64,000 bases of DNA from a virus (Duplodnaviria > Caudoviricetes), in the IMG/VR virus record IMGVR_UViG_3300017788_000016, positions 1,372 to 65,371 of that record; one strand, written 5' to 3'. Both the position numbers and the translations under genes were made by a program. This document shows, in pieces, positions 9,245 to 18,798 of the stretch; within the stretch, counting starts at the first letter, position 1, and every line of letters starts with the position of its first letter. Under the pieces are notes generated by a model. The model was not told the origin of the DNA and did not search any database. It saw only the letters and a list, made by a program, of their open reading frames with translations.

Positions 9245-12200
9245 TTGGCCAACAACGATTCTTTCTTCAACAGGCTCACGAGACTCTTTAGGTCTGGGCC
9301 TTCCATTCAGAGGCGTGTCAAGGGCTACGACTATCGGACCTACTATGACAACGACATAATCAGGGGTAACTATGGATACAGGGCACCCTTTCCCTTTGGA
9401 CGAGAGAGTTCTCCATTCTCGGTGCTTGGAGCCTATGGTATCCTTGACCGAATGGCCCGTTACAGCGAGTTTGCTGAGATGGAGTGGTGTCTTCATGAAG
9501 ATACAAAAATTGCTGTTCCCGGTGGCTATAAGACCATAAAAGAATTGGCAGAAGAATATGGGACAGACAAGGAGTTCACTGTCTACTCATATGACCACGC
9601 AAAGAAGAAGATTGTTCCTGCGGTTGGTAAGCAGGCAAGACTAACGAGGCACGATCATGCCTGGCGTGTTGTTTTTGACAGCGGCAAGGAAATAATTGGA
9701 ACGGCCGACCACAGATTGCTTAGGCGAGATGGAACCTACAGTACCATCGCAGACCTAAGGCCTGGTGATGCTATGATGCCTTTCTATCGACGTTCGGTGG
9801 GTACAGACAGAACAGAGAATCGGACCAACCAATATCAGACAATATATTCCATTTCAAGGGAAGACAGCAGATATGGATGGATCGCAGAACATCGCCTTCT
9901 AGCCGAACATGTTCTGGGTCGCAAGCTCAAGGCAAATGAAGTTGTTCACCACAAGAACTTTCTTGCCAATGATAACCGTCTAGAAAATCTTGAGGTCATG
10001 ACAGAAACCGAGCATCGGCATCTACATGCCGCTGTTCTTAATGGCAAAAAATGGAGTGCCACCAGCAATGGAGAATGGATTGCCAAATTTAGGAAAAATC
10101 ACTCTGAGTGGATGAAAAAGAACAATCCGGCAGAGAGAAAAGACGTTACTTTTGCAAAAGTGCTGCAGTGGTGTGATGCCAACGGCTTCAATTTGTATCG
10201 AGTTGCAAAGGCCTTCGATGTATGCCATGAAACTGTTATCAGCAGAGTTAAGGCAAATGGATTCTCAAGTTTCGAAGATTTCGCAAAGGCCTATAGACCA
10301 ACTTGGAAAAGTGAAAGCTGGGACAATGAGGGTTCCAAAAATCCTAGGTACCGAAAGGATATCTCGTACCAAGGCATTTGCAATGCCTACTCAAAAGGAA
10401 TTAGCAAAAGGCAGCTAGCCAAAAGTCTTGGCTGTTCTTCTGTTCCAATCGAAAAAAGGCTTAAGGCAGAAGGGTATGCCTCCTGGACAGAATTCGTCAA
10501 CTCTTACGAGAATCACAAAGTAGTAAAGGTTGAGTATTACGGGCACATTCCGCTATATGACCTTACTGTGGATGGCTACAAAAACTTTGCCACCGACAGC
10601 GTCATTTCCCACAATACTCCCGAGATTGCGGCTGCCCTAAACATTTTCGCTGATGAGACAGTTTCTGGTGACGAAAAGGGGAAGGCCCTCCACCTCTACT
10701 CCAAAAACCCCGAGGTCAAGAAGGCCCTCGAGGAACTGTACTATGACATTCTGAACATCGACTTCAACCTGAGGCCCTGGGTAAGAAACCTCGTGAAGTA
10801 CGGTGACTTCTTTCTCTACAACGAGATCATCCCAGACATTGGTTTCGTTAACGTCCAACCAATCCCTGTGAATGAGCTTGAGAGAGAAGAAGGCTTCGAC
10901 AGGGATGACCCATACTCCATTAGATACAAGTGGCTAACCAGGGGTAACCGCTATCTTGAAAACTGGCAGGTCACCCACATGAGAATGCTAGGAAACGACC
11001 TGTTCCTTCCCTATGGCACCTGTCACGAGAAGACCACCAAGGTTCTAACCTCCTCAGGTATTAAGGAGATACAGCACATAGTGCCTGGCGACGTGGTTCT
11101 CTCTTTTGATCTCAAGTCGCAGAAAAAAGTCAAGTCACCAGTGTTGGGCGTCAAAAATTCAGGCTTCAAGAACTGTTTTGAATTTAGAACCAGACACAAT
11201 TTCCTTAGAACTTCCAAGGAACATCAAATACTTGTATGGGATTCTTCTAGAGAGAAATTTGACTACAAAAGTGCTGGTGAGCTTCGGCTGGGTGACAAGC
11301 TTGTGATCAGCAAAGAGCACAAAATAGAAAATTCCAAGATCAAGATAGACAAAACCGCCCCTTCGGGCATTAACAAGAATGGCTATTGGAACAGTGTTTC
11401 TAATATTCCAGATGAGGTCACACCAGATTTCGCTCGCTTGTTTGGTTTTTTGATGGGCGATGGATGGATTACTGGCAATCAGGTCTTTTTTGCTAATGGC
11501 ATTGACCTCAAACAAAACGAACGCTATTCTCTGTTGCTTGAAAAATTCTCTGGAAAGAAGGCAAACTCTGAGTGCCGCCAAGGCACGCAGACTGTGCTCT
11601 CCTCAAAAATGTTTGGTGAGATCCTGAAACGAATGGGATTTGCTGGCAAGGCAACCACCAAAAGAGTTCCTTCTTGGGTTTTTGGAGCTTCTGAGGATCT
11701 CCGTCTTGCTTTCCTGGAGGGATTTCATGATGCAGATGGTAGCTCTTTTGTTGATAAGTGGAATTGCGAACGCCGCACCTTTGAGCTATCCAATTATGAC
11801 TTGATTAAGGACCTCAAGGCCCTTGCCCAGACGCTTGGCTTCAAAACAGGCAAGATAACAGAAAGAAAGTCTAGAACATTTGCAACTGGAATTGAGGAAA
11901 ACGGTTCTTTCCGCTCGTTCAAAACCGTTAGCCCTTCCTATGTGTTTTATTGGTTTGCAGCACAAAACAAGCAAGTTAAAAAGCATGATGTGACCAATAG
12001 AGTTTCTGACGATTTCCTAATTGAGCCAATTGTGGCGATACAAAACGTTGGGGAACACGAAACCTACGACATTTACGTCCAGGACAACAACCACAATTTC
12101 TTTGCCAACGGCATTGTCACCCACAATTCCCTTTTGGAACCTGCCAGAAGAATCTGTATGCAGCTAAGAATGGCTGAGGATCACATGTTGCTCTATCGCG

Positions 12201-13627
12201 TGGTAAGATCCCCAGAGAGACGTGTGTTCTATATCGACGTTGGTAACGTTGCCCCAAATGACGTTCCTGCCTACATGGAAGCTGTTAAGCAGACTCTCCG
12301 TGCAAAGGACTTGGTTGACAAGTCCACCGGACGCATCGACCAGAGAAACAACTCGGTTTCCATCATCGATGACTACTTCCTGCCTGTGAGAGGTAATCAG
12401 ACCGGCACAAAGATCGATACCCTGGCTGGTGGTCAGAATGCCACAGCCGTTGAGGACGTAAAGTATCTCCAGCAGAAGCTCTTTGCGGCTCTACAGGTTC
12501 CAAAGCCCTACCTTAACTTCGATGAAAACCTTTCGGCAAAGGCCAGCTTGGCCCAGCAGGACATTAGGTTCTCCAGAACCGTGTCTATTCTCCAGAGGGT
12601 CATCATTGCAGAGCTTAACAAGATGGGCATGATCCACCTCTATGCCAGAGGCTTTGACGGCGAGGACCTCATCAACTTTGAGTTGCGCCTGAGCAACCCT
12701 TCTACTGTGGCAATGCAACAGAAACTTGAGGCCATTGCAACCAAGTTCGAAATTGCTGGTGCTGCAAAGGAAACCAAGCTGGTAGACGAGGACTGGATTC
12801 AGAGAAAGGTTCTTGAGCTAACCGAGGATGAAATCATCAAAATTGAGGCGGGCCGCAGGAGAGACAAGATCCGTGAGGTAGAAATCGAGGCGGTGTCGGT
12901 TGCTGAGAATCTTCCAAAGCCAGATGCCACCATCGATCCTTTCCATCCTTCCAATTATCAGATAGGTGGTGGAGACGTGGCAAAGAATCCCCCGGTGGAG
13001 CAGCCTGCGCAAACCGTCATGGGAATTGGAACCCCATCCCCTGCTGGTGGCGGAGCCCCACTTGGACAGCCCCAAGCCCCTCAGGGTCCAGCTCTGGGTG
13101 CCCCAATTTCGGCTACTCCTTTCGCCTCTAGACAAAAGGAAAAGAAATCCCGAAGGGTTGGTCTTGGCGGGCGCAACAACCTTTCCATGCCTGACTTCTC
13201 CTCAATGCTCTCATCCAAGAACCGCTCCCTTACTGACGTATACGATAGCGAGACCATAAATCTCAGACAGTCCATTACCGAGGACATTGAGCTTGACATT
13301 AGGTCTGCTCCTTTCCTACCAAATGAAATGCGGTCCATCTTCAAGACCCTGGATACGCACTTCGAGAAGAACTACGCCAATGTGTCAGGACAGAGAAAGC
13401 TTCTCAGGGAGCTAAAGGAGCAGGTTCCAACAATCGACTTCGAGTTGACCGACGACGCCGACGAGGATGAGAAGTCCTCTGACGACTCCGAGCGTGAGGA
13501 TTCCGAGGATTCCTTGCTGACGGAAACCCTTGAGGGCGTGATCAAGAAGGATGAGGAGGCCTCTGAGGACCCACCTGAGAACACCCCTAGGAAGCTGACC
13601 GATATCGATCTTTCGACTTTGGACTGA
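9245..13627 (+). CDS. portal protein (T4 gp20-like) with two inteins
   Basis: Extein motifs [74 protein letters not shown] and DVKYLQQKLFAALQVPK; TTG start. Confidence 0.95.
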   Translation: MANNDSFFNRLTRLFRSGPSIQRRVKGYDYRTYYDNDIIRGNYGYRAPFPFGRESSPFSVLGAYGILDRMARYSEFAEMEWCLHEDTKIAVPGGYKTIKELAEEYGTDKEFTVYSYDHAKKKIVPAVGKQARLTRHDHAWRVVFDSGKEIIGTADHRLLRRDGTYSTIADLRPGDAMMPFYRRSVGTDRTENRTNQYQTIYSISREDSRYGWIAEHRLLAEHVLGRKLKANEVVHHKNFLANDNRLENLEVMTETEHRHLHAAVLNGKKWSATSNGEWIAKFRKNHSEWMKKNNPAERKDVTFAKVLQWCDANGFNLYRVAKAFDVCHETVISRVKANGFSSFEDFAKAYRPTWKSESWDNEGSKNPRYRKDISYQGICNAYSKGISKRQLAKSLGCSSVPIEKRLKAEGYASWTEFVNSYENHKVVKVEYYGHIPLYDLTVDGYKNFATDSVISHNTPEIAAALNIFADETVSGDEKGKALHLYSKNPEVKKALEELYYDILNIDFNLRPWVRNLVKYGDFFLYNEIIPDIGFVNVQPIPVNELEREEGFDRDDPYSIRYKWLTRGNRYLENWQVTHMRMLGNDLFLPYGTCHEKTTKVLTSSGIKEIQHIVPGDVVLSFDLKSQKKVKSPVLGVKNSGFKNCFEFRTRHNFLRTSKEHQILVWDSSREKFDYKSAGELRLGDKLVISKEHKIENSKIKIDKTAPSGINKNGYWNSVSNIPDEVTPDFARLFGFLMGDGWITGNQVFFANGIDLKQNERYSLLLEKFSGKKANSECRQGTQTVLSSKMFGEILKRMGFAGKATTKRVPSWVFGASEDLRLAFLEGFHDADGSSFVDKWNCERRTFELSNYDLIKDLKALAQTLGFKTGKITERKSRTFATGIEENGSFRSFKTVSPSYVFYWFAAQNKQVKKHDVTNRVSDDFLIEPIVAIQNVGEHETYDIYVQDNNHNFFANGIVTHNSLLEPARRICMQLRMAEDHMLLYRVVRSPERRVFYIDVGNVAPNDVPAYMEAVKQTLRAKDLVDKSTGRIDQRNNSVSIIDDYFLPVRGNQTGTKIDTLAGGQNATAVEDVKYLQQKLFAALQVPKPYLNFDENLSAKASLAQQDIRFSRTVSILQRVIIAELNKMGMIHLYARGFDGEDLINFELRLSNPSTVAMQQKLEAIATKFEIAGAAKETKLVDEDWIQRKVLELTEDEIIKIEAGRRRDKIREVEIEAVSVAENLPKPDATIDPFHPSNYQIGGGDVAKNPPVEQPAQTVMGIGTPSPAGGGAPLGQPQAPQGPALGAPISATPFASRQKEKKSRRVGLGGRNNLSMPDFSSMLSSKNRSLTDVYDSETINLRQSITEDIELDIRSAPFLPNEMRSIFKTLDTHFEKNYANVSGQRKLLRELKEQVPTIDFELTDDADEDEKSSDDSEREDSEDSLLTETLEGVIKKDEEASEDPPENTPRKLTDIDLSTLD
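9488..10615 (+). mobile_element. portal intein 1 with HNH endonuclease
   Basis: 376 aa, CLHEDTKI...FATDSVISHN, Thr+1. Block B GTADHRLL; HNH motif EHRLLAE...VVHHKNFLANDNRLENLEVM...H. Confidence 0.93.
11021..12127 (+). mobile_element. portal intein 2 with LAGLIDADG endonuclease
   Basis: 369 aa, CHEKTTKVLT...FFANGIVTHN, Ser+1. Block B TSKEHQIL; motifs LFGFLMGDGW and FLEGFHDADGS. Confidence 0.93.
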
Positions 13628-13699
13628 CCTAGGTCGCAAATGCAAAATCGTGTGTCTATTTAACATTTGAATTGACCTGTAAAGAATGGGTAATTGCGA

Positions 13700-14572
13700 A
13701 TGTACAAGCACAACAAAAAGAGAAACATCGGCCTGATTAGTGAGTTTTTTTCTCGTTATATGGCCGCAGCCTTTGTGGATGGCAGACACGCCGACATAGA
13801 AAAGGCCAATGCTGTTTGGCGCAAGTACATCAACCCTAAGACAGAGGCCTATCGGGAGTATGTGCTATTCAATGCTCTCCATGAGACCAGTCTCAAGGAC
13901 CGCAATGTGGCTCACTCTCTTTTGGAGAAGGTCAAGTCCGAGGTAAAGAAGCAGTCCCAGGATCGTCTTGACAAGGAGAAGAATTCTCTTATCAACGAGA
14001 TCAACTCTGCCCTCAAGGACCCTGAGTTTTTTGGTCGTTCCGTGGAAGACTACCGGGACATGGCTTCTATCCAGCTTTTGATGAATGCCTGGAGAGGTAT
14101 TGGCTTCAAGGGCTCTTTGTCGGAGTTGGCAACGCTTGAGGAAAGCGTCTTGGACTCCATGCTCAAGACCAAGGTCCAGGTGACCGATGCCGCAGCCGAT
14201 TTTTCGTCGGAGGACGTGGACGGACTTGTGGTTCGTTTTATGACCGAGAAGTTTAATCGCAAGTATGGCTCGAGCCTCAACAAGGAGCAGTCTGACATTG
14301 TTCGTCTCTTTGCTTTCTCTAGCAAGGACAATGACGCCAAGGAATCCCTGGTTCGGCTGTTGGAAACCATCAGGAAAACAACCCTCGAAGTCCTGGATAG
14401 CAGAACCCTAAAGGAGAGCATTGGTGTTCCCCTGAGCAAGAAGCTCCTTGAGATAAAGGAAATGCTGTCCACTGGTGGCAAGTATGGGAATGTTCAGGAC
14501 CTGTCCGAAGATACGATTTCCTTCTACATGACAGTCTCGAAACTGAAAGAGGAAATGGAGAGTTCTGAATGA
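13700..14572 (+). CDS. hypothetical protein between portal and prohead protease (head morphogenesis by context)
   Basis: MYKHNKKRNIGLISE start; helical; ATGA-coupled to the protease gene. Confidence 0.7.
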   Translation: MYKHNKKRNIGLISEFFSRYMAAAFVDGRHADIEKANAVWRKYINPKTEAYREYVLFNALHETSLKDRNVAHSLLEKVKSEVKKQSQDRLDKEKNSLINEINSALKDPEFFGRSVEDYRDMASIQLLMNAWRGIGFKGSLSELATLEESVLDSMLKTKVQVTDAAADFSSEDVDGLVVRFMTEKFNRKYGSSLNKEQSDIVRLFAFSSKDNDAKESLVRLLETIRKTTLEVLDSRTLKESIGVPLSKKLLEIKEMLSTGGKYGNVQDLSEDTISFYMTVSKLKEEMESSE

Positions 14573-15183
14573 AACTACTACGAGAATTCAAGGAATTTGA
14601 TTACGAGGTAATCTCTGAGGCTGCTGTGGCTGGCGACGGCCGTCCTGGTCGTCTCTTTGTTAAGGGCGTGGTGCAAATGGCCGACACCATCAACCAGAAC
14701 GGCAGAATTTACCCAAAGCCAATTCTGTTCCGTGAGGTTGAGAACTATAAGAAGGTCATCGAGGAGCGCCGGGCAACCGGAGAGCTGGACCATGCCGATG
14801 AGCCTGTGGTTAACCTCAAGAACGTGAGCCACCGCTTTACCGAAATCTGGACCGAGGGAAATGTGGTCTTTGGAAAGATTGAGATCCTTCCAACCCCTAT
14901 GGGCAACATTGCTCGTGCCCTCATCGAGTCCGGCGTCAAGATTGGCATTTCCTCTAGAGCCCTTGGTTCGGTGAGGAATCGAGGCGATGCAGACATTGTT
15001 GAGGACGATCTCCATCTGGTTTGCTGGGACCTTGTTAGCGAGCCCTCTACTCCTGGTGCCTTTATGATGAAGGAAGCCAGAGATATCGATCCAAAGATCC
15101 TAAATTCCATATTCTCTAAGTCCGATCGCATTGACCGTGTGGCTAATGAGATTCTGGGCATCAAGAAGGTAGGAAAGCTATGA
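14569..15183 (+). CDS. prohead core protease (T4 gp21-like)
   Basis: NQNGRIYP, GELDH, NVSH, ILPTPMG, GISSRALGS, DLVSEPSTPGA. Confidence 0.95.
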   Translation: MKLLREFKEFDYEVISEAAVAGDGRPGRLFVKGVVQMADTINQNGRIYPKPILFREVENYKKVIEERRATGELDHADEPVVNLKNVSHRFTEIWTEGNVVFGKIEILPTPMGNIARALIESGVKIGISSRALGSVRNRGDADIVEDDLHLVCWDLVSEPSTPGAFMMKEARDIDPKILNSIFSKSDRIDRVANEILGIKKVGKL

Positions 15184-15785
15184 AGCTAACGAAGAGCGAA
15201 TTCAAGACGATGATCAAGGAGTGCATCAAGGAGCTCATTGGAGAAGGAGCTTTCGACCAGGCACTTCAAGAGGCTGGCATCAATTCGTCTACTCCCGTTC
15301 TATCGAACAGACCAAACAGACCCTTGACTCAAGGAAAAAAGCCAGCGGCTCCCCAAAATCAGAGGGGTCAGCAGCTTGACGAGAACCTCCGGGAGCGTGT
15401 TCGCCAGACTGCAAGTGCCATCGTGGGCAAAGACGACTTCCGTTACGGACCAAGCTTCGGCAGTGAGGAGTTTGAGGACCAGTACCAGAGCATGGTTCCC
15501 CTAGGTCTTCAGAAGCTTGTGGAATCGGCTGCACAGTCCGTGAGTCACAACGATCCAAACATCGCCAACCAGTACGCTGAGATTTTCGCAGACACCGCAA
15601 TGCACACACTGCCAAAGCAAATGTCCTCGGATCCCCAGAGGGGTGGCTATGCAGGCATGGCAGCAGTTAATGCCCACGTTCAGGTAGAGAAGGTCCGTGA
15701 GGACCAACTCCAGAGTCTTGCCCCTCAGGGGGATATGAGCCATTGGGCGATGCTGGCCTTCGGTGGTGCTGGCGGAAAGAAGTGA
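15180..15785 (+). CDS. hypothetical protein, probable head-associated protein
   Basis: ATGA overlap with the protease gene; MKLTKSEFKTMIKECIKE leader. Confidence 0.7.
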   Translation: MKLTKSEFKTMIKECIKELIGEGAFDQALQEAGINSSTPVLSNRPNRPLTQGKKPAAPQNQRGQQLDENLRERVRQTASAIVGKDDFRYGPSFGSEEFEDQYQSMVPLGLQKLVESAAQSVSHNDPNIANQYAEIFADTAMHTLPKQMSSDPQRGGYAGMAAVNAHVQVEKVREDQLQSLAPQGDMSHWAMLAFGGAGGKK

Positions 15786-15854
15786 TTTCGGCTGCCACTC
15801 ATAGTGACCAGCTTGGCGATTGAGAATGGGAAGTACAACTTAGTCGTCCTCTGG

Positions 15855-15895
15855 AATGCTGCCCTTGGTTAAAATTGGGGGCAGCATTTTCTTTT
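15855..15895 (+). terminator. probable intrinsic terminator
   Basis: AATGCTGCCC...GGGCAGCATT stem followed by TTCTTTT. Confidence 0.7.
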
Positions 15896-15973
15896 CGAGC
15901 CCCTATGGGAGATGAAAGCAGAACATTTGTGGGACTTGGTATATTTATGAACGATTAGGAGACGACCTGACCC

Positions 15974-16453
15974 ATGGCAAGAAAACAAATAATGGTAGAG
16001 CCACCAGTGAGAACTAGGGGCAATGGCAGCAGCGACACTGCCAATCTTAGAGTCCTTTATCCCGGTTCCCCTGTGTATCGTGGGGAATTGACGGACGAAA
16101 TCGCAACCGATCAGTACATGGACGAGATTCTCTCTGGCGAAATTAACGATGGCGGCCACACCTTCGGGACCGTGGACATTGACTATCGTGGGGCTCCAAA
16201 TCTTGCAGACGTAGTGGTCGGTGGCGGTGGTCTTCCTGGCTCCCCCTATGGACCAAACATTGCAACTCCACCCGAGGGACAGAACCCAGCAGATATTCCT
16301 GCGGCAGGTGTTGAGGCAACTGAGCGTGCCAGAGGTAGTGGTGGTGCCTTCACAGGCGATGGTCTTAGGTCTCCTTCGGATACCTCGGCCGTCATTTCTC
16401 GTCAGACCATTGGCAGTTTGCAAAAGGGTAAGTCTACTCCTCTAGGCGAGTGA
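15974..16453 (+). CDS. hypothetical Gly/Pro-rich virion protein
   Basis: 159 aa; TATTTA at 15942 and AGGAG RBS upstream. Confidence 0.7.
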   Translation: MARKQIMVEPPVRTRGNGSSDTANLRVLYPGSPVYRGELTDEIATDQYMDEILSGEINDGGHTFGTVDIDYRGAPNLADVVVGGGGLPGSPYGPNIATPPEGQNPADIPAAGVEATERARGSGGAFTGDGLRSPSDTSAVISRQTIGSLQKGKSTPLGE

Positions 16454-16474
16454 TAGACAAAAGAAGAGGCTTAA

Positions 16475-18742
16475 ATGAGTGACCTATACAAAGAAGCAAT
16501 TGCAGACGCAAAGAAGCTCCGTGAGATTGCAGAGGAAGATGCCCGCAAGTCGATCATGGAGAAGGTGTCTCCATACATCAAGAAAATGATCGCAAAGGAA
16601 ACTGCCCATGCCACGTCTTTCTTTTTTGAAGAAGAGGAGGATGCAGCACTGCAATCGGCAGAGCTTACACCTCCTCCTGTTGAGACACCGCCTGTTGATG
16701 CAGCTCCTACTGGTTCTGTTGATGCAAGTATGTCTGACATTCCTGCTACACCAGATGCCCCAGTAGAGGCTCCAATTGCCGCTGTGGGTTCTGAGGTTGC
16801 CAATATCCCGCTACCTGATGCAGATGGCAAGATTACAATCGACTTCGAGCAACTGTTTACCACGCCTGGCGCTGGTGACACCGTGGCTCCTGTGGACGTT
16901 GATGCCATTGCACCCGGGGCTCCACTAGAGACTACTCCACCGGCTGAGGAAGCTCCAATTGATGCTGCTGCCATGGAACCACCAGCAGAGGCAGTTCCTC
17001 CGGTTGAGGGTGACATTGCTGCACCAGCTTCTCCTGATCTCGTGGAGCCTGCTGCTGCTGCTGAGGCTGTTCCTCCTGTGGCACCACCAGAGGAAGAGGA
17101 ATTGCCAACTCCACCAGTGGTTGAGTCTCTGGACAAGTTTAAGAGCCGTCTTGCAGATGTTGCATTCGGCGTTGAGGGTGTCTATCACGGCACCATGGTT
17201 ACTGAAAACACACACGACCGTCTCAAGGACAGCTTGATGGGGCTACTAGAATCCCTTGATAAGATGCTGGAAAGCGGCGTAATCACTGAGAACCAGGCAA
17301 GTCAAAACGAAAAAAGACTTGAATTCTTGTTCCTGAAATTGAAAGAAGGAACCCTGGCCAATAGTTATAAAACAGAAAAGGGCAAAGAGGAAGATCCAAT
17401 GGGCAAAAGTCTTAAAGAGTACGCAGCAAAACTATTCGAGAGCGATGACCAAGAGCGTTTGGCCCAGGATGCCGCAAGCACTGGTGACACAGGCGTAGTT
17501 ACCCACAAGGCAGCCACGGCTCACGCCAAGGATGCATCTGGTCTTTCGCCCGAGCTAAGCGACCTTTTCAAGGAAGAACTAGAGGGTGGTAGCAAGACCG
17601 TTGACACAGCCTCCGAGGCTGGTACCGTTGACGAGCCTGCTCTACCTGGCACTGGCAAGTCCGTTAAGAAGCCACTTGAGCAGGGTAAGACCGGCTCGGT
17701 CTCTGAGGAAGTTGAAGCCAAGGGCCATGCAGGCTTTGGTGACAGCTCCGAGAAGCCAGTCGCATCTCCTGACATGTTCTTCGAGATTGATGAGAAGGAA
17801 CTTATGGAGGCTGTTGCAGCAATCCGTAAGGAGAATGCTGAGAAGAAGAACGCAGGTAAGGTTGACAAGGGTGGTTGGGAGACTGCAAAGCCAGCCGCTA
17901 AGTCCACTGCCCCAAAGAGCGTTCTAAAGAAGGATACCGTCAAGGAGCAGGCTCCTATGGGCGGCGGAATGGAAGAGGACCTTGTTCTCAATGTTTCGCT
18001 TCCTGATGAGATTGAGTCTGAGCTTGACATGGACGATGTTGACGTTGACCTTATGCTTAGCGACGACGAGATGGATCTCGAGGGCGGCGAAGAGGAGACC
18101 ATGGACCTTGAGGTCGGTGGTGACGAAGAGGGTGACGAGGAGATGGAAGTCTCTGCTGACCTTGACGTTGGCGGCGGCGACATGGGTTCCGAAGAAGATG
18201 AGATGCTTCTTACCGATGAGGAAGATGACCTCGATGAGGTTTCCGACAGTCCAATGACTGGTCCGGCAACTGACCGTCGTCCTGGCGTTCCTCTCGCTGA
18301 GGCCCGCATTCTCAAGACGGCTCGTGCAAGAGAGCAGAAGGCGCTCAGGCTCCTTGAGGCTACCCGCACCGAGACCAAGCAACTTAAGACAGAAATGGCT
18401 GAAACTAACCTGTTCTTGTCAAAGCTACTTTACCTCAACAAGTTCCTCCAGAGAGAGGGCCTGTCTCGTAAGGTTAAGCAACAGATCGTTGAGCATCTTG
18501 ACAGAGCCGGTAACCTAGCTGAAGCTAAGGAAATCTACCTCAAGATCAAGAGAAAGCTTGACGAGTCCACCAGTGGTGGTTCCTCGAGTATTGCTCTGGC
18601 TGGTTCGGCAGCAAAGCCAACGGCTGGTGGCAGTGCAAAGCTTAAGGAGAGCTCGAATGCTGCTTCCGCAGGCGACGAAGCGATCGTCGGTACCTGGGAG
18701 AGATGGCAGAAGCTAGCAAATATCGGCAAAGGCGAAAGCTGA
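16475..18742 (+). CDS. prohead scaffold/core protein (gp22-like)
   Basis: Directly upstream of the capsid gene. N-terminal EAIADAKKLREIA, long acidic and Pro-rich linkers, C-terminal coiled coil ETNLFLSKLLYLNK...RWQKLANI. Confidence 0.8.
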   Translation: MSDLYKEAIADAKKLREIAEEDARKSIMEKVSPYIKKMIAKETAHATSFFFEEEEDAALQSAELTPPPVETPPVDAAPTGSVDASMSDIPATPDAPVEAPIAAVGSEVANIPLPDADGKITIDFEQLFTTPGAGDTVAPVDVDAIAPGAPLETTPPAEEAPIDAAAMEPPAEAVPPVEGDIAAPASPDLVEPAAAAEAVPPVAPPEEEELPTPPVVESLDKFKSRLADVAFGVEGVYHGTMVTENTHDRLKDSLMGLLESLDKMLESGVITENQASQNEKRLEFLFLKLKEGTLANSYKTEKGKEEDPMGKSLKEYAAKLFESDDQERLAQDAASTGDTGVVTHKAATAHAKDASGLSPELSDLFKEELEGGSKTVDTASEAGTVDEPALPGTGKSVKKPLEQGKTGSVSEEVEAKGHAGFGDSSEKPVASPDMFFEIDEKELMEAVAAIRKENAEKKNAGKVDKGGWETAKPAAKSTAPKSVLKKDTVKEQAPMGGGMEEDLVLNVSLPDEIESELDMDDVDVDLMLSDDEMDLEGGEEETMDLEVGGDEEGDEEMEVSADLDVGGGDMGSEEDEMLLTDEEDDLDEVSDSPMTGPATDRRPGVPLAEARILKTARAREQKALRLLEATRTETKQLKTEMAETNLFLSKLLYLNKFLQREGLSRKVKQQIVEHLDRAGNLAEAKEIYLKIKRKLDESTSGGSSSIALAGSAAKPTAGGSAKLKESSNAASAGDEAIVGTWERWQKLANIGKGES

Positions 18743-18798
18743 TTTTTGTAAATACGGAATTTAGCCTATAGTTACAAACAAGGTTTAGGAGTTTAGAT

